Shown here: positions 35,401-43,416 of the stretch, in pieces | Position numbering within the stretch: the first letter of the stretch is position 1 | Layout: each line of letters begins with the position of its first letter | IMG/VR virus record: IMGVR_UViG_3300029922_000001 | Coordinates: 124,001 to 188,000 of that record | Strand: one strand, 5' to 3' | Length of the DNA stretch: 64,000 bases | Notes under the pieces: model-generated | Database searches by the model: none | The model's input: the letters and a program-made list of their open reading frames with translations, nothing else | Told to the model about the DNA's origin: nothing | Position numbers and translations under genes: made by a program

Positions 35401-35954
35401 TATGGTTTAAGAGGATACATGTTAATAATATTGCGTCTTTCACTGGTACTACTTATAATTCTGGTACATTCCCAGTGTATGATGGCAGAATATTGTCATT
35501 GCCAGCAGATCAAACTTCTGGATTATTCCAAAATGGGGACATTGTATATGTCAAAGTAGTTCCAAGTAATGGTATAGTTTATGGTACATTAACAAAATCA
35601 AATATTATTAAATTCTTAGGATATTCAATTCCTGTGATTACAAACTTAGCTATTAATAATGTGGTTATTAAGACAGTTAATAACACAACGCAATATCAAA
35701 TTCTAAAAACACAAGATTTGGTACCAACTATCACGATGTCACCATCTTATAGTCCACCAAATGTCACATATTCTATTAATTGGTATTTAACTACAAATAA
35801 TACGCCAGTAAATACTAATGGTAATGCAATTCTACCATCTAGCCAAACAGTGCTTGGTTCAACATACTATTGTGTAGCGCAACCTTTTAACAATGGTGTG
35901 CCTGGTCCAATGGTATTTAGCGAACCAATTACAATTGTGACATTAACTTCATAA
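26418..35954 (+). CDS. Giant (3178 aa) virion protein with BNR/Asp-box propellers, discoidin-like and VWA domains
   Basis: Asp-box-like FETTNEGASW, FKSINNGWDF and MTTDGGYTW; F5/8-like IEHSSDGSTWT..YQYWRI; VWA MIDAS IVVDDSKS plus IVLADG. Confidence 0.7.
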   Translation: MNSTEHYQYTYVEANDILYPGYDQRNMQITENQLAQLAYFIGSGVLTGWVVTPIVSTDPQQEVIYQGERLSLYSSYLTKSNINLAQQYLNMGKPADTYAPCLVCVTANISNFSSVNISYFDGLGSSDLVANSRVLVTNQTIIAHNGIYTTTVNLDGTYTLTPSTVSNEVVGQTILNPSKIQILKGVNYGNTIFTFMKPTGYTYTFGGSLPSGLSNVLYSMNWILDSQATNVSWNQVIRVTPGTGILGSYRAYTEDTAYFAYTQGGTYYVWLQAGPCLITQGIAQVVAPLDQDYNYDQTNLATFLATVDVLPNTEAGYGFYIDPIRITPDKRVTIAGFATALQNALKILLRGHVHTGVGQMPTKINLSTVIVYFAYPSTTYPDATSFQIGTGSGSSFVPATNLPTTLGKPVVTLNDVVLLADQYYLNYSTGIIYLQNSIPANSVIELEFPAAPQINLTPTNTTAYGLDVPIYLTDGTTDLGGSGNQGTFRWNPDNYMTPQVYFNGNLIVLNVTQPQYLVDPTNGCITVYSSSGLTLPTTESQLVVVLVERVYQITNTLSSKRIGSIDASTFITGTIDPTRLGQISHVGETRLNEIALLQPTQRVFAEDDHVTFLPEIPNSPFQYGTEVYFTYKSINLPSNSTLLGTKRGLMATDDMINIINQSSWNVDYGQPVQAIDNLMPETPLDPNAVQPNNNVFKTLYVRTEQGQIFETTNEGASWKTLRMPQFTNFEGITSPLSATAFWCYTDMELTSGDLQTTTYSYFTRLYVGTAQGLFTTVIYPAAPTDWAWTPSSNQGESINDVVVIATLNSTITYSGSSLAITNQSYDATVYTATDNGIFVNGAQFNYPGMDLSINGVKWVNFGTENVNKNSLLYYSDQKLCLTHSAVCTDYTVSGDNDTVTAYYSWVHPLTQVPNIFEYPNGQPGVKAATTTNISITPSSSNFILPIQIDTVSMTWAVNDLILVKQQNNSYENGIYKVITVNNDIIDGINTGTLVCSQLAVTNNVQVQVIQNSPATEVTNSQQYGSQWFLPNGPDPTNPNTTSWNLYFYLYDRTDNPNYGQEDFQYTNASLIQLTQQYFLGCLPAPLIITDQNIGIMPIFTPIIYWNNRQYLPQSAFYLDISINNVSTNVFIALGTRGAWYTEDFVGWGSWMRLNPQFTVLDTVRVPTLWVGEKYYLSQAMPVSVFEAVPTAYPSTSNIPLVLYYNEDLQIFEFSNQQPIYDNYLYLDSYTEYFVKPWNPLATVIVKVNNVLAAPTYVPQNGQIIFSNSLGPNDIVTFTAILAGAFISNVGTIPHEEQPSVFVVQNGPTSPNITLAAQFPSANASLANQIQVTTPSLIPSGYSLIEVSQSIGSTVNEVLYIYKDPITSNIELAKPRVQQTVMPTYAAGSPVYLVVLQSVPGLQDYVSQFMSGQMYNQNSSFLNNIISLNLSCLELTKSDSTLMFPNLLHNYATMPLEGTLDTRGPQNAAYYTNENQFEDVSSANSLAIEYNPPISQLPTAPQAVYNLDLSSSTSIVGTDQGIWQFSSGDNMWTQISQLNSSRRTYFIYPVDNPSGAQLVGTELGLFEVEGNNWVANPTFYEAVFDYWSGSWNTSYTGTFYAKNDGLSFTQFDPSTNTFVSDNFDPLYGEKLYTLYKDQWLRAGTDTPPTFTAVDAMYIGSALGLWAVTPGGRVGINHPTYLAGRNMIPASELTRVGINNPLWVYKIALMPNNSTANPPSAPMMVLSNQGILIIQNWRYCDPDPTDTSALNFYIEKVVLPGYTCNCVTSLVTSTSPYASVVYAGTNVGVFKSINNGWDFQRCEWINDEPTPVYDLQIMDSAGLVVIAATETGLWMTTDGGYTWIRPSLSSGLSPNNFFPGEITSSYSFSYPKLGQTFTTPSTPSTIDITKFGAYLTRRTLVNPNTGVVDDAMNQAAANNKLMLALYATDGSGNPTGSALSLTSFESYINWGVGYEVTPSGTNLFDGSQVMDNEPNDISTYYQVVGGSTNNSAMTLLYKFDNAVEVDAVDFTVMSTQVLNVNIEHSSDGSTWTTAIATSPTVYAPQNAGGVPLWRTAELLTNTSTPYQYWRISFTDIHSSYPTLLRVGDCRLYAINGGTYTLQTLYSAINAYEVNYPSFWYMDAVPSSSGSLTLTANTQYILVGSELLSEQIISVMNGYSVSSGNYLEYGSVFEWAISSDDEFVGGDAEYSSDGSTWTALPQDFLFAVFYASPPVPTNTIVVVGQYDGTSEFDQGDMYGAIINDAGGLTTDFKVATSIVVDDSKSISWADDLKQRGPMIYDLYSKIYSQCNGRSQLDYWQFGVNELELTPGFVYDNSIVDLENTINNFITRGTNSNLVDTCFIAFMGLSPQSIIDSILPVPNLPNQVYNQALVEPIITYMESKGLLRLSWLQTQYATELGAHTLVASDLYTPNGSDQLPYLDITTAVITAWANSFVPLAIVLADGDDSNSLNAPTDVASVALTGWNNYGFSIYSGGLGTGSNQPNLRSMSELSNGNHSILVTGMDENGLLIPGSDWDNFGNSFLPQGTNNIFQSTWAREYDFETPTFISNIIATVNVIPNGQAFGPNSAKCNIEFMYTLDRTNWTSWINIASQLNDNSGTYTYQLNMQVLAIKYNIVMSEALAGGQQPVISELYHIVVTPAVKYLVTPKTQVNGLLFEYLLDADITVPQSCQVNWGIARGDSINWNDFESIYTRRKGALSNRQNSITFSQPVNLRDLPHTINAANDYVQVYTDQAETITASWSLLDTVQIWIQITTSLNGNYETDGSAILMQQNVGGVQVYQLDGVNGTIAFSPPLPTGTIFHIDINAPSQVSNSVGESTITKDNRTYFSVNGSWVYDSTVYVILQTSFGGTPQLIRGGYWLNPSEGSVTFSQERLVTDIIKLFIVSDGYFRIGAQVLNYTSQDVSINDFGMYYSVAQNESIGALLSTNSSISLMNNQVVLSPQPASVGQNILDINYVVVTNDGSTEQGSIITWWVGRPGFTGSSTTPYSEFDAANQLWFKRIHVNNIASFTGTTYNSGTFPVYDGRILSLPADQTSGLFQNGDIVYVKVVPSNGIVYGTLTKSNIIKFLGYSIPVITNLAINNVVIKTVNNTTQYQILKTQDLVPTITMSPSYSPPNVTYSINWYLTTNNTPVNTNGNAILPSSQTVLGSTYYCVAQPFNNGVPGPMVFSEPITIVTLTS

Positions 35955-35987
35955 TTATAGAGGAATTACGGTTTTTAATTTGAACGA

Positions 35988-37022
35988 ATGAATATGGAAG
36001 AGTTAATTCAATTTTTGCCACCTGAAGCTTTAATGGCTGAATATATTGTATCTGCTTTATCTGAGGTAGTTGATTGGGGACATACGTTTTTAAACGTAGA
36101 AATCGCCCAAAAGCATTCAGAGGGCGAAGACATTGTTGTTGCTGTACTTGATACAGGAATGCCTAATCACATTGACTTAAATGGTAATTTGTTACCAGGT
36201 TTAAGTACTATAGGAACAGACATCTATGATCATCAGGGACATGGAACCCACGTTTCTGGAACCATTGCTGCTTTGCAGAACGGTTTTGGTGTTATTGGTG
36301 TTGCTCCTAAGTGTAAAATCTTAGCTATTAAGGTTTTAGATGATAGTGGAAGTGGTAGCTACCAAAGTATTACCGATGGTATTAATTTAGCCGTAGAAAA
36401 CAAGGTAGATATCATCAGCATGAGCTTAGGGTGTCCCCAGCCCAGCCAACAGCTTCAAGATGCTATTCAAAGAGCTTTTAATGCTGGAGTTATCATCGTT
36501 GCTGCTGCTGGAAACAGTCATGGTGCTGTTGACTATCCTGCTGCTTATCCTGAAGTTATTGCAGTATCTGCTATTGACAAAAATGGTCAAATTGCGGATT
36601 TTTCTTGTCGTGGTGATGCTATTAAAGCGGCTGCTCCTGGTGTGGATTGTTATTCAACCTATACCAATAATCAATATGCCTTACTATCAGGAACATCACA
36701 AGCTACACCTTATATTTCTGGTGTATGTGCTTTGTTATTAGCTTGGGCTAGAAAAACTCCTACAGCAGAACAAATTCACAATTGTCAAGATATGCTTAAA
36801 GTTCTTTCTGAAGTATGTAATTCTAATAATGTTTTAGTTAAACAGGATTACGGTTTTGGAATCCCTGATTTTGCCAACTATATGCCTTGGAAGACAGTTA
36901 TATCAACAACTACAGTAATTACTACCACACCAACGTCTTCCTCTACTACCACAACTACAGTAACTACTACTGTACCACCATTAACATCAACAACACCTGT
37001 AATACCAACAACAAATGCTTAA
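35988..37022 (+). CDS. Subtilisin-family (S8) serine protease with Thr-rich tail
   Basis: Catalytic motifs VAVLDTG, HGTHVSG, AAAGN and GTSQATP. The start may be the ATG at 35994. Confidence 0.95.
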   Translation: MNMEELIQFLPPEALMAEYIVSALSEVVDWGHTFLNVEIAQKHSEGEDIVVAVLDTGMPNHIDLNGNLLPGLSTIGTDIYDHQGHGTHVSGTIAALQNGFGVIGVAPKCKILAIKVLDDSGSGSYQSITDGINLAVENKVDIISMSLGCPQPSQQLQDAIQRAFNAGVIIVAAAGNSHGAVDYPAAYPEVIAVSAIDKNGQIADFSCRGDAIKAAAPGVDCYSTYTNNQYALLSGTSQATPYISGVCALLLAWARKTPTAEQIHNCQDMLKVLSEVCNSNNVLVKQDYGFGIPDFANYMPWKTVISTTTVITTTPTSSSTTTTTVTTTVPPLTSTTPVIPTTNA

Positions 37023-37695
37023 TCAAAATCCATATCCTTTAAATCTAGGATATATAGAGGCAGAATTGAATCGTCTTGCTCAGAAAAAAGACGATTCAAT
37101 GAAAATTATAGTGCAAAAAGCAATTAAATCTTCTTGCACTATAATTGTTTTTGCTGATAATACAAAATGGACAGGATCAGGATATCATGTTGGTAATGGA
37201 TACGTTATAACTGATAGTCACGTTGCACCACCTGAATTAAATAACAAACCTCATGAATTAAACATAACTTTTGATGGTGTTAACTTAATAAAAGCTGTTG
37301 TTAAAAAATCAATACAAGATATTGATGGAGCGTTATTATTTTGTCAGAACATGCCAAAAAACATACCATTTGTACAAATGGCAAATAGTGATACTGTTGA
37401 AATTGGAGATCAAATTGCAGTTATTGGCTCTCCTGAAGGTTGGCATGATACGGTAACTTTTGGAAGGGTTAGTAATGTTGAACAGGATTTAGGGCAATTT
37501 GCCCCAAATAAAGCTTGGCATAATGTAATCTTCATAGATGCGGATATTTTAGAAGGTAGTTCTGGGGGAATGGTTATTAATGAAGATGGCTTAGTAATAG
37601 GTAGTGTTATTGGAGTGACAGGTAAACATGCAGAATTAGGAATTGGTCAGAGAGCAATTGAGCCTTCTAATAAATTGTTAAAACTGTTATCCTGA
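37015..37695 (+). CDS. Trypsin-like (S1, HtrA-type without PDZ) serine protease
   Basis: TGSG, VITDSHV (His), DGALL (Asp), GSSGG (Ser), VIGSPEG. Confidence 0.9.
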   Translation: MLNQNPYPLNLGYIEAELNRLAQKKDDSMKIIVQKAIKSSCTIIVFADNTKWTGSGYHVGNGYVITDSHVAPPELNNKPHELNITFDGVNLIKAVVKKSIQDIDGALLFCQNMPKNIPFVQMANSDTVEIGDQIAVIGSPEGWHDTVTFGRVSNVEQDLGQFAPNKAWHNVIFIDADILEGSSGGMVINEDGLVIGSVIGVTGKHAELGIGQRAIEPSNKLLKLLS

Positions 37696-37715
37696 TTTTC
37701 AGTATAATAACAGAT

Positions 37716-38657
37716 ATGTTGGATTATTATACAATACTGGGTGTGGATAAAAAAGCCTCACAACAAGAAATCAAAAAAGCATACCGAAGCTTAGCAAAAG
37801 AAAAACATCCTGATGTCAATCCAGCGACTGGAGAAGAATTTAAAAACATAACAGCGGCTTATAGTGTACTTTCCGATCCTACTACTAGACAAGAATATGA
37901 CAACCCGCAATTAGCTCAACAAAATGCTAGACCAAATACCGACATTTTAATAAGGGTGAGTTTAAGACCACAAGATACTTTTAAGGCAACCAAAATCACA
38001 CAAACAATTCAGCGTAGTGTTTGTTGTTCAACGTGTTTTGGTATTGGTGGAGAAGGTAACACTTTGTGTGATAAATGTATGGGTCATGGATTAGTTCAAA
38101 GTTTTGTCAATCAAAATGGACGTTTAGTAATTACTGCTCAACATTGTAGTCAATGCTTTGGAAGAGGTCAATGCTTTGTAAATCCATGTAAGACCTGTCA
38201 TGGTCAAGGTGGTAGCACCATTACAGAAAAATTAATAATTGATATTCCACTAGGCTCAATGGGTAAAAAAGTACGTGTTGCAAGTAAGGGTAATCAAGAA
38301 AATTTAAGTAAGCCACCTGGTGATCTTTATGTTCAATTACAATATGATATGTCAAATTGCCCTAATTTTAAGATAGATCAAAACATGAATTTACATCATA
38401 GTATTGATATTTCTGTAATTGATGCAATATTAGGTGCAGAAAAGAAGGTTTTTCTACTGGATGGTTCCGAAATAAATATTAATATACCAGAAGGCACAGA
38501 TTTAAATGATATTATAACTGTGAAAGGAAAAGGTATGTATAAAAATGTTATAGACAAGTCGAACTTATTAATTCACGTTAATCAGTTTAATGTCCCTAAG
38601 AATTTAACTGAAGGACAAAAGGCATGTTTGAATGCATTCAAAAGAGAGGAAAAATAA
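37716..38657 (+). CDS. dnaJ: DnaJ chaperone (J domain, Zn-finger, C-terminal domain)
   Basis: DYYTILGV, HPD, four CxxCxGxG motifs, PGDLYV, DAILG. Confidence 0.93.
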   Translation: MLDYYTILGVDKKASQQEIKKAYRSLAKEKHPDVNPATGEEFKNITAAYSVLSDPTTRQEYDNPQLAQQNARPNTDILIRVSLRPQDTFKATKITQTIQRSVCCSTCFGIGGEGNTLCDKCMGHGLVQSFVNQNGRLVITAQHCSQCFGRGQCFVNPCKTCHGQGGSTITEKLIIDIPLGSMGKKVRVASKGNQENLSKPPGDLYVQLQYDMSNCPNFKIDQNMNLHHSIDISVIDAILGAEKKVFLLDGSEININIPEGTDLNDIITVKGKGMYKNVIDKSNLLIHVNQFNVPKNLTEGQKACLNAFKREEK

Positions 38658-38658
38658 A

Positions 38659-38820
38659 ATGATGATTCGTAGAGGTACAACAACTGGCAAAATCGTTGAT
38701 AAAACAGAGGACGAAAAAGAACCTAAGAGATTAGGCGACATTCCCCGTTCTGTAGCTGATTTACTCAATGATGATGAAGATACCAAAAACCAATTTGGCA
38801 ATTCTCACAAAGAAAAATAA
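38659..38820 (+). CDS. Small hypothetical protein
   Basis: ATG at 38659 right after the dnaJ stop, with GAGGA upstream; charged 53-aa product. Confidence 0.55.
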   Translation: MMIRRGTTTGKIVDKTEDEKEPKRLGDIPRSVADLLNDDEDTKNQFGNSHKEK

Positions 38821-38830
38821 TTAGACTATT

Positions 38831-39256
38831 ATGGATACTAAAACTTTTTTAATAGAAACTAGTCCCACTTGGATTCCTTGGTTAGTAGGAATTGCAAGTG
38901 TGATTGGTGCTGTATTTGCTCAGAAATTGAACAAACAAAAAATAGCACAAGTGGAAGCTTGTGTTAAATTTGTTGAAGAAAAATTTGGTAAAAATTTAGG
39001 AACAAAAGCTGATGCACTTTTACTAGTTTGGGTTGCTGCATTAGATGAAATCAATACTAACGGCAAAATGACTCCAGGGCAGATGTATGATATGTTCATG
39101 GAAATTGTCAATAAAAAATTAGCCTTAAAATCCATTACACTCAGTTCTACAGAACAATCTGTAGTTCACGAAGCTGCATCTGAAACAGTAAAAATGCTCA
39201 GTGTAGATCCAAAGAGAACAGTAAAGGCTTTTCAGGTGTCTAGCATACAAAGATAA
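38831..39256 (+). CDS. Membrane protein with one N-terminal TM helix (holin-like possible)
   Basis: Hydrophobic WIPWLVGIASVIGAVFA followed by a basic helical region. Confidence 0.55.
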   Translation: MDTKTFLIETSPTWIPWLVGIASVIGAVFAQKLNKQKIAQVEACVKFVEEKFGKNLGTKADALLLVWVAALDEINTNGKMTPGQMYDMFMEIVNKKLALKSITLSSTEQSVVHEAASETVKMLSVDPKRTVKAFQVSSIQR

Positions 39257-39267
39257 GGAGAAAAATT

Positions 39268-39810
39268 ATGGCAAAAAATGTAAAAGAAGGCGTAGTTGCT
39301 GAAGTTGAAGGTGTGGTTGAAGAAGGTGTAAAAGCCGTTGAAACTGAAGTTAAAGACCTAAAAACAGAACTAGTTGCTGATGTTGAAAAACTTAAAGAAG
39401 AATTAGGTTCTGATGTTGCCCAAGTTGAGGGTGATGTTAAAACTGGAGACGTAACTAAGGTTAAAGGCGATGTTAAAACTGACGTTGCTCAAGTTGAAGC
39501 TAATGTCAAAACCGATGTTGCTCAAGTTGAAACACAGGTTGATGCTGATGTTAAAAGTGAAGAAGGCGTAGTGACTAAATCTGATTTAAATGAAGTTGAA
39601 TCTGCTAAATTAGCCGCAGAAAAAACCGCCGCAGAAGCTGAAGCAAATAAAAACGTTGCTGATGCTGCCGCAGCCAAAGCTGAAGCAAAGAGAATTGCCG
39701 CTGAAAAGGCTGCTGCTGACGCTGAAACCGCTGCACAATTAGCTGCTGCTGAAGAAGCTAAAAAGAAAACAGTACATTCTGAATGGAATGCCCGTATGGG
39801 ATTTTTTTAA
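39268..39810 (+). CDS. Low-complexity V/E/K/A-rich repeat and coiled-coil protein
   Basis: SD AGGAG; 11-aa repeats DVAQVE(G/A)(D/N)VKT; Ala-rich helical tail. Confidence 0.75.
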   Translation: MAKNVKEGVVAEVEGVVEEGVKAVETEVKDLKTELVADVEKLKEELGSDVAQVEGDVKTGDVTKVKGDVKTDVAQVEANVKTDVAQVETQVDADVKSEEGVVTKSDLNEVESAKLAAEKTAAEAEANKNVADAAAAKAEAKRIAAEKAAADAETAAQLAAAEEAKKKTVHSEWNARMGFF

Positions 39811-39815
39811 GAATT

Positions 39816-39853
39816 AATAAAATAGCGATGATTAATGTCATCGCTATTTTATT
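39816..39853. terminator. Rho-independent terminator (symmetric)
   Basis: AATAAAATAGCGATGA-TTAATG-TCATCGCTATTTTATT, a perfect 16-bp inverted repeat. Confidence 0.85.
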
Positions 39854-39892
39854 TTAACCTTGATATTTAGTTTGAACTATAATAAAAGGCGC

Positions 39893-41647
39893 ATGTTAAC
39901 TATTGAATACGATAACGCAACGGCTTATATTAAAGGTGATTTTACTCAAACCAAACCAGGTTATGAGTTGCATAATATATTACGAGAACGCTTAGGCTAT
40001 CATAATACCGCTGCTGAATGGAGTGATAAATTTAAAACAGGTATGTGGGATGGTGTTGTTAGCTTGTATTCTAAGAGAACACAAAGTTTTCCAACTGGTT
40101 TAGTTGTTAGGTGTGGTGAAATTTTTGATGAATTAGATATTGATTATATCATTAAGGATATAAGACCTAAACCTAAAAAGAACTTTAAAGTTGTTAATAA
40201 TCAAGAGAAGCATAATAGAGAAATTAGAGATTATCAAGAACATGCTGTTGTGAAAGCTCTTGAAATTAAGAGTGAGGAAGAATTAGAAGGTAGAGGAATT
40301 ATAGCTTCATCTGTTGGTTCTGGCAAAACTACAATTGCTTGTGAGATATTTGCCAGAACCCAATGTGCCCCTGTTATATTCGTTGTTCCCACTAAATCAT
40401 TACTTAAACAAGCTAAAAGAGAATTTGAGAAATTCTTAGAACTTAATAATTTACCTATTGAGGTTGGAATGGTTGGTGATGGTGTGTGCGATGTCAAGTT
40501 AGACGGTATTACTGTTATTACATGGCAATCTTGTCTATCTGCTTTTAATGAAAAATTCGTCCCATCTAAAAATAAGATTGTTGAAGAAGATTTTATTGGT
40601 GAACGTGTTAAAAAGACTAATAAACAGCTTCAAAATGAATATAATGAGGCTAAAACTAAGTTAGAACAAGCTGAATTTCTCTTAGGTAATCAATATAAAG
40701 AATTAGATACTAAAGCCAAAGAAAAGAAAATTAAAACAGAATGCAAGGTTTTGCAACAGAATTTTGTTAAGGCTAAAAATGCGCTCAAAAGACGTATTGA
40801 TAACTTAAATAATAAGAAGGTCATCAAAGAACTTATTGAAAACGCACAATTGCTTATGGTTGACGAAGCACATATTGCAGCCATTGTTATTGAACAGGTT
40901 TCAAAACATGCTAAGAACGCATATTATAAGCTAGGACTCTCAGCGACCCCATATCGAGAAGATAATCAAGAAATTAGAATTGAGGGTGCATTTGGACGTA
41001 TTCTAGTTTACATAAGTGCTTCAGATTTAATTGAAATGGGTTATCTAAGTGATACTTATGTTTATTTCATTAAATTGTCTGAAAGTGAAGAAGGTGAAGA
41101 TTATGCAGATGATTATTCGTTGAATATTGTTAATCACTGGGAAAAGAATTATCGCACTAAACAGTTTGCGGAAGGTTTTAAGGAAATGGGTAAACCTGTT
41201 TTGATCTTAGTGGAGCAAATAGAACATGGTAAACTATTAGAAAGCCTTATTAAAGATGCTGTATTTGTTGCGGGTAGTGATAAGGGCGATGATGTAGATG
41301 AAGAATCAGACGAACATGAAGATTATCGTTTCAGAATGTTAGATGCTTGTCAAAGAAATGAAATTGTTCTCATAGCAACTTCATGGGCGTATACCGGTGT
41401 TGATGCTCCTGATTTGGGCGTATTAATCTTGGCTGGCTCTAATTCTTCGGCATCAACAACTATGCAGCAAATTGGTAGAGTGCTTCGTAAAACAAAGATT
41501 AAAACAGAAGCAATTGTTATAGACTTCTTCCATCCACACGCAACTTTCAGAAAACACTCCAATGCTAGACTTAAAGTTTCAAAAAATGAGAGAGCTTTTA
41601 AAATATTAAATATTTCTACAGGAAACAAGGCTAAGAAAGTTCAATAA
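39893..41647 (+). CDS. SF2 DExH helicase (UvsW/ResIII-like)
   Basis: Q-motif IRDYQ, Walker A GSGKT, DEAH, SAT, QQIGRVLR. Start moved to the ATG at 39893 downstream of TATAAT. Confidence 0.9.
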   Translation: MLTIEYDNATAYIKGDFTQTKPGYELHNILRERLGYHNTAAEWSDKFKTGMWDGVVSLYSKRTQSFPTGLVVRCGEIFDELDIDYIIKDIRPKPKKNFKVVNNQEKHNREIRDYQEHAVVKALEIKSEEELEGRGIIASSVGSGKTTIACEIFARTQCAPVIFVVPTKSLLKQAKREFEKFLELNNLPIEVGMVGDGVCDVKLDGITVITWQSCLSAFNEKFVPSKNKIVEEDFIGERVKKTNKQLQNEYNEAKTKLEQAEFLLGNQYKELDTKAKEKKIKTECKVLQQNFVKAKNALKRRIDNLNNKKVIKELIENAQLLMVDEAHIAAIVIEQVSKHAKNAYYKLGLSATPYREDNQEIRIEGAFGRILVYISASDLIEMGYLSDTYVYFIKLSESEEGEDYADDYSLNIVNHWEKNYRTKQFAEGFKEMGKPVLILVEQIEHGKLLESLIKDAVFVAGSDKGDDVDEESDEHEDYRFRMLDACQRNEIVLIATSWAYTGVDAPDLGVLILAGSNSSASTTMQQIGRVLRKTKIKTEAIVIDFFHPHATFRKHSNARLKVSKNERAFKILNISTGNKAKKVQ

Positions 41648-41654
41648 TAAAGTG

Positions 41655-41981
41655 ATGTACAATCAAACATTACACGGAATCCATACTTATTGCGGTAATC
41701 GTCAATGTAAACATCCGTTTACAAAAGATAGTTTTTTGGGTTATCTACCCAAAAGCGAAACCACAGTGTATGTTGTTATGAAATGTGCTAAATGTAATGA
41801 TGTTTTCGCTATCAGTATGGCAACCTCATATGCAAAAACTTATTATATGCACCTACCCAGACGTAATAAGTCCGATAATGGACCAATTACACTACAAGAA
41901 ATTTATAACGTCAAAAAGAAATTGCATAGTTTAAACGGTTTCGATGATTTTAATGGTATTAGCGTCAAAGACGCAGTTTAA
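41655..41981 (+). CDS. Small Zn-ribbon protein
   Basis: CGNRQC ... CAKC. Confidence 0.65.
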   Translation: MYNQTLHGIHTYCGNRQCKHPFTKDSFLGYLPKSETTVYVVMKCAKCNDVFAISMATSYAKTYYMHLPRRNKSDNGPITLQEIYNVKKKLHSLNGFDDFNGISVKDAV

Positions 41982-43405
41982 AGATGTAATCTCAATTGGC
42001 TTACAGGAACCTCAATGGCAATTGGGGTTCTTTCCCCTACAACATAATAATCGAACTTTACCTTTTTGAAATTATTCCAAAAAGGTCCTTTTACTTTTAC
42101 TTGAAAACCGTTTTTTTGTTTTTTGTCAATGTAAAGACTGTAATTGCCATATTCAGTTAATCCACAAACACTATATTGATTACATAGTTTATGCCAATAG
42201 TCAGGTAACTCAACAAATACACAACCTGTACCTTCAGCAGTACCACGATGATATATTCCGTGTTCTGGACCTTCAAGACATCCATAAATAAGATAGTAAT
42301 CTTCTTTAGTGGGGTGAGGTATACAGAAAGACTTATATGGAGATAGGAAAGAACCGTTTACGTAAATATATTCCCCATTGATTTCTTCTAAAATTGAATC
42401 AACTAATGCGGTTCCATTACTTGAAAATTTTGCTAAGTAGTTAGGCGTACCATTTGAACCGCTTAATCCTTGAGAAAAGATGATTTCGCCAGTAACACCA
42501 GAAGCATTAAGAGTGGTAAAACCATAATTACTCATACACCAAATACTATTTGCATTTGCTGTACCTTGTTCTATGAAAATAATGGCATCTGGATATATTA
42601 AAGAACTTGAATTGTAATCATTATCTCTGGTAAGTTTCCAAGTACCAGACGTGCTACCATCTTGAGTAACAACATAAATACCATTTTGAGATAAGTCGCT
42701 GCTAGTATAATCTTTGATTAAAATTCTATCAGCTACTAGATTAAAATTCGGTGTACCAGTTGGATTGATATTACCATTAATATTTACACCGTCAATAGTT
42801 AAAGTAGTTGTACTGACTATTGTTATAGTTCCTGAATTTGTACTACTCCAAGACCAATTGCTATTAAATGTAGAAGATGTAGTTGCAGCACGACAAGGTT
42901 TTTTGATTACATTAGTGTCTGCTCCTTTCCTTCCAACATAACGATATCCAGTAATGGTAATTGCGCCACCAGAGTAATATGAACTTGGTGGATTAGTTGC
43001 AAAAGTTAAAATGCCTGTTTCGTAATCAAATAACCAATTGCAGCCATCATCACCAACGGGAATAATCGTTCCATCATACCCTTTAACCACAACTTGATAT
43101 GCAGAAAGAGATACGTTATCGTATTTATCAGGAATCCAATCTTTTAATCTATTTCCACCAGTTTCCGCGTACCAAGTGTTATTGCTAGGAACAGTAGTAT
43201 CTATAGTTAAAGCAAAATTAGTATATAATTCAATTGAGCCAAAAGTTCCATTGGGTTGAACAGGAATAGGATCTATCCACACTTCGCCTATGTGAATATT
43301 TTGTGTTAAATCAGAAACTTCATTAAAATAATACTTATTTGCACTATCTGTTAATCTCTTGTATACACTCTTATTAAAACTTCTACTTTCTTGTGTCCAA
43401 CTCAT
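41978..43405 (-). CDS. Tail fibre-like protein
   Basis: DRILIKD..SQNGIYVV fibre motif; C-terminal KSFCIPHP..YGCLEGPE.GIYHRG..VELPDYW domain typical of phage fibre C-termini. Confidence 0.75.
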   Translation of the reverse strand: MSWTQESRSFNKSVYKRLTDSANKYYFNEVSDLTQNIHIGEVWIDPIPVQPNGTFGSIELYTNFALTIDTTVPSNNTWYAETGGNRLKDWIPDKYDNVSLSAYQVVVKGYDGTIIPVGDDGCNWLFDYETGILTFATNPPSSYYSGGAITITGYRYVGRKGADTNVIKKPCRAATTSSTFNSNWSWSSTNSGTITIVSTTTLTIDGVNINGNINPTGTPNFNLVADRILIKDYTSSDLSQNGIYVVTQDGSTSGTWKLTRDNDYNSSSLIYPDAIIFIEQGTANANSIWCMSNYGFTTLNASGVTGEIIFSQGLSGSNGTPNYLAKFSSNGTALVDSILEEINGEYIYVNGSFLSPYKSFCIPHPTKEDYYLIYGCLEGPEHGIYHRGTAEGTGCVFVELPDYWHKLCNQYSVCGLTEYGNYSLYIDKKQKNGFQVKVKGPFWNNFKKVKFDYYVVGERTPIAIEVPVSQLRLHL

Positions 43406-43416
43406 TTATTTATCCA

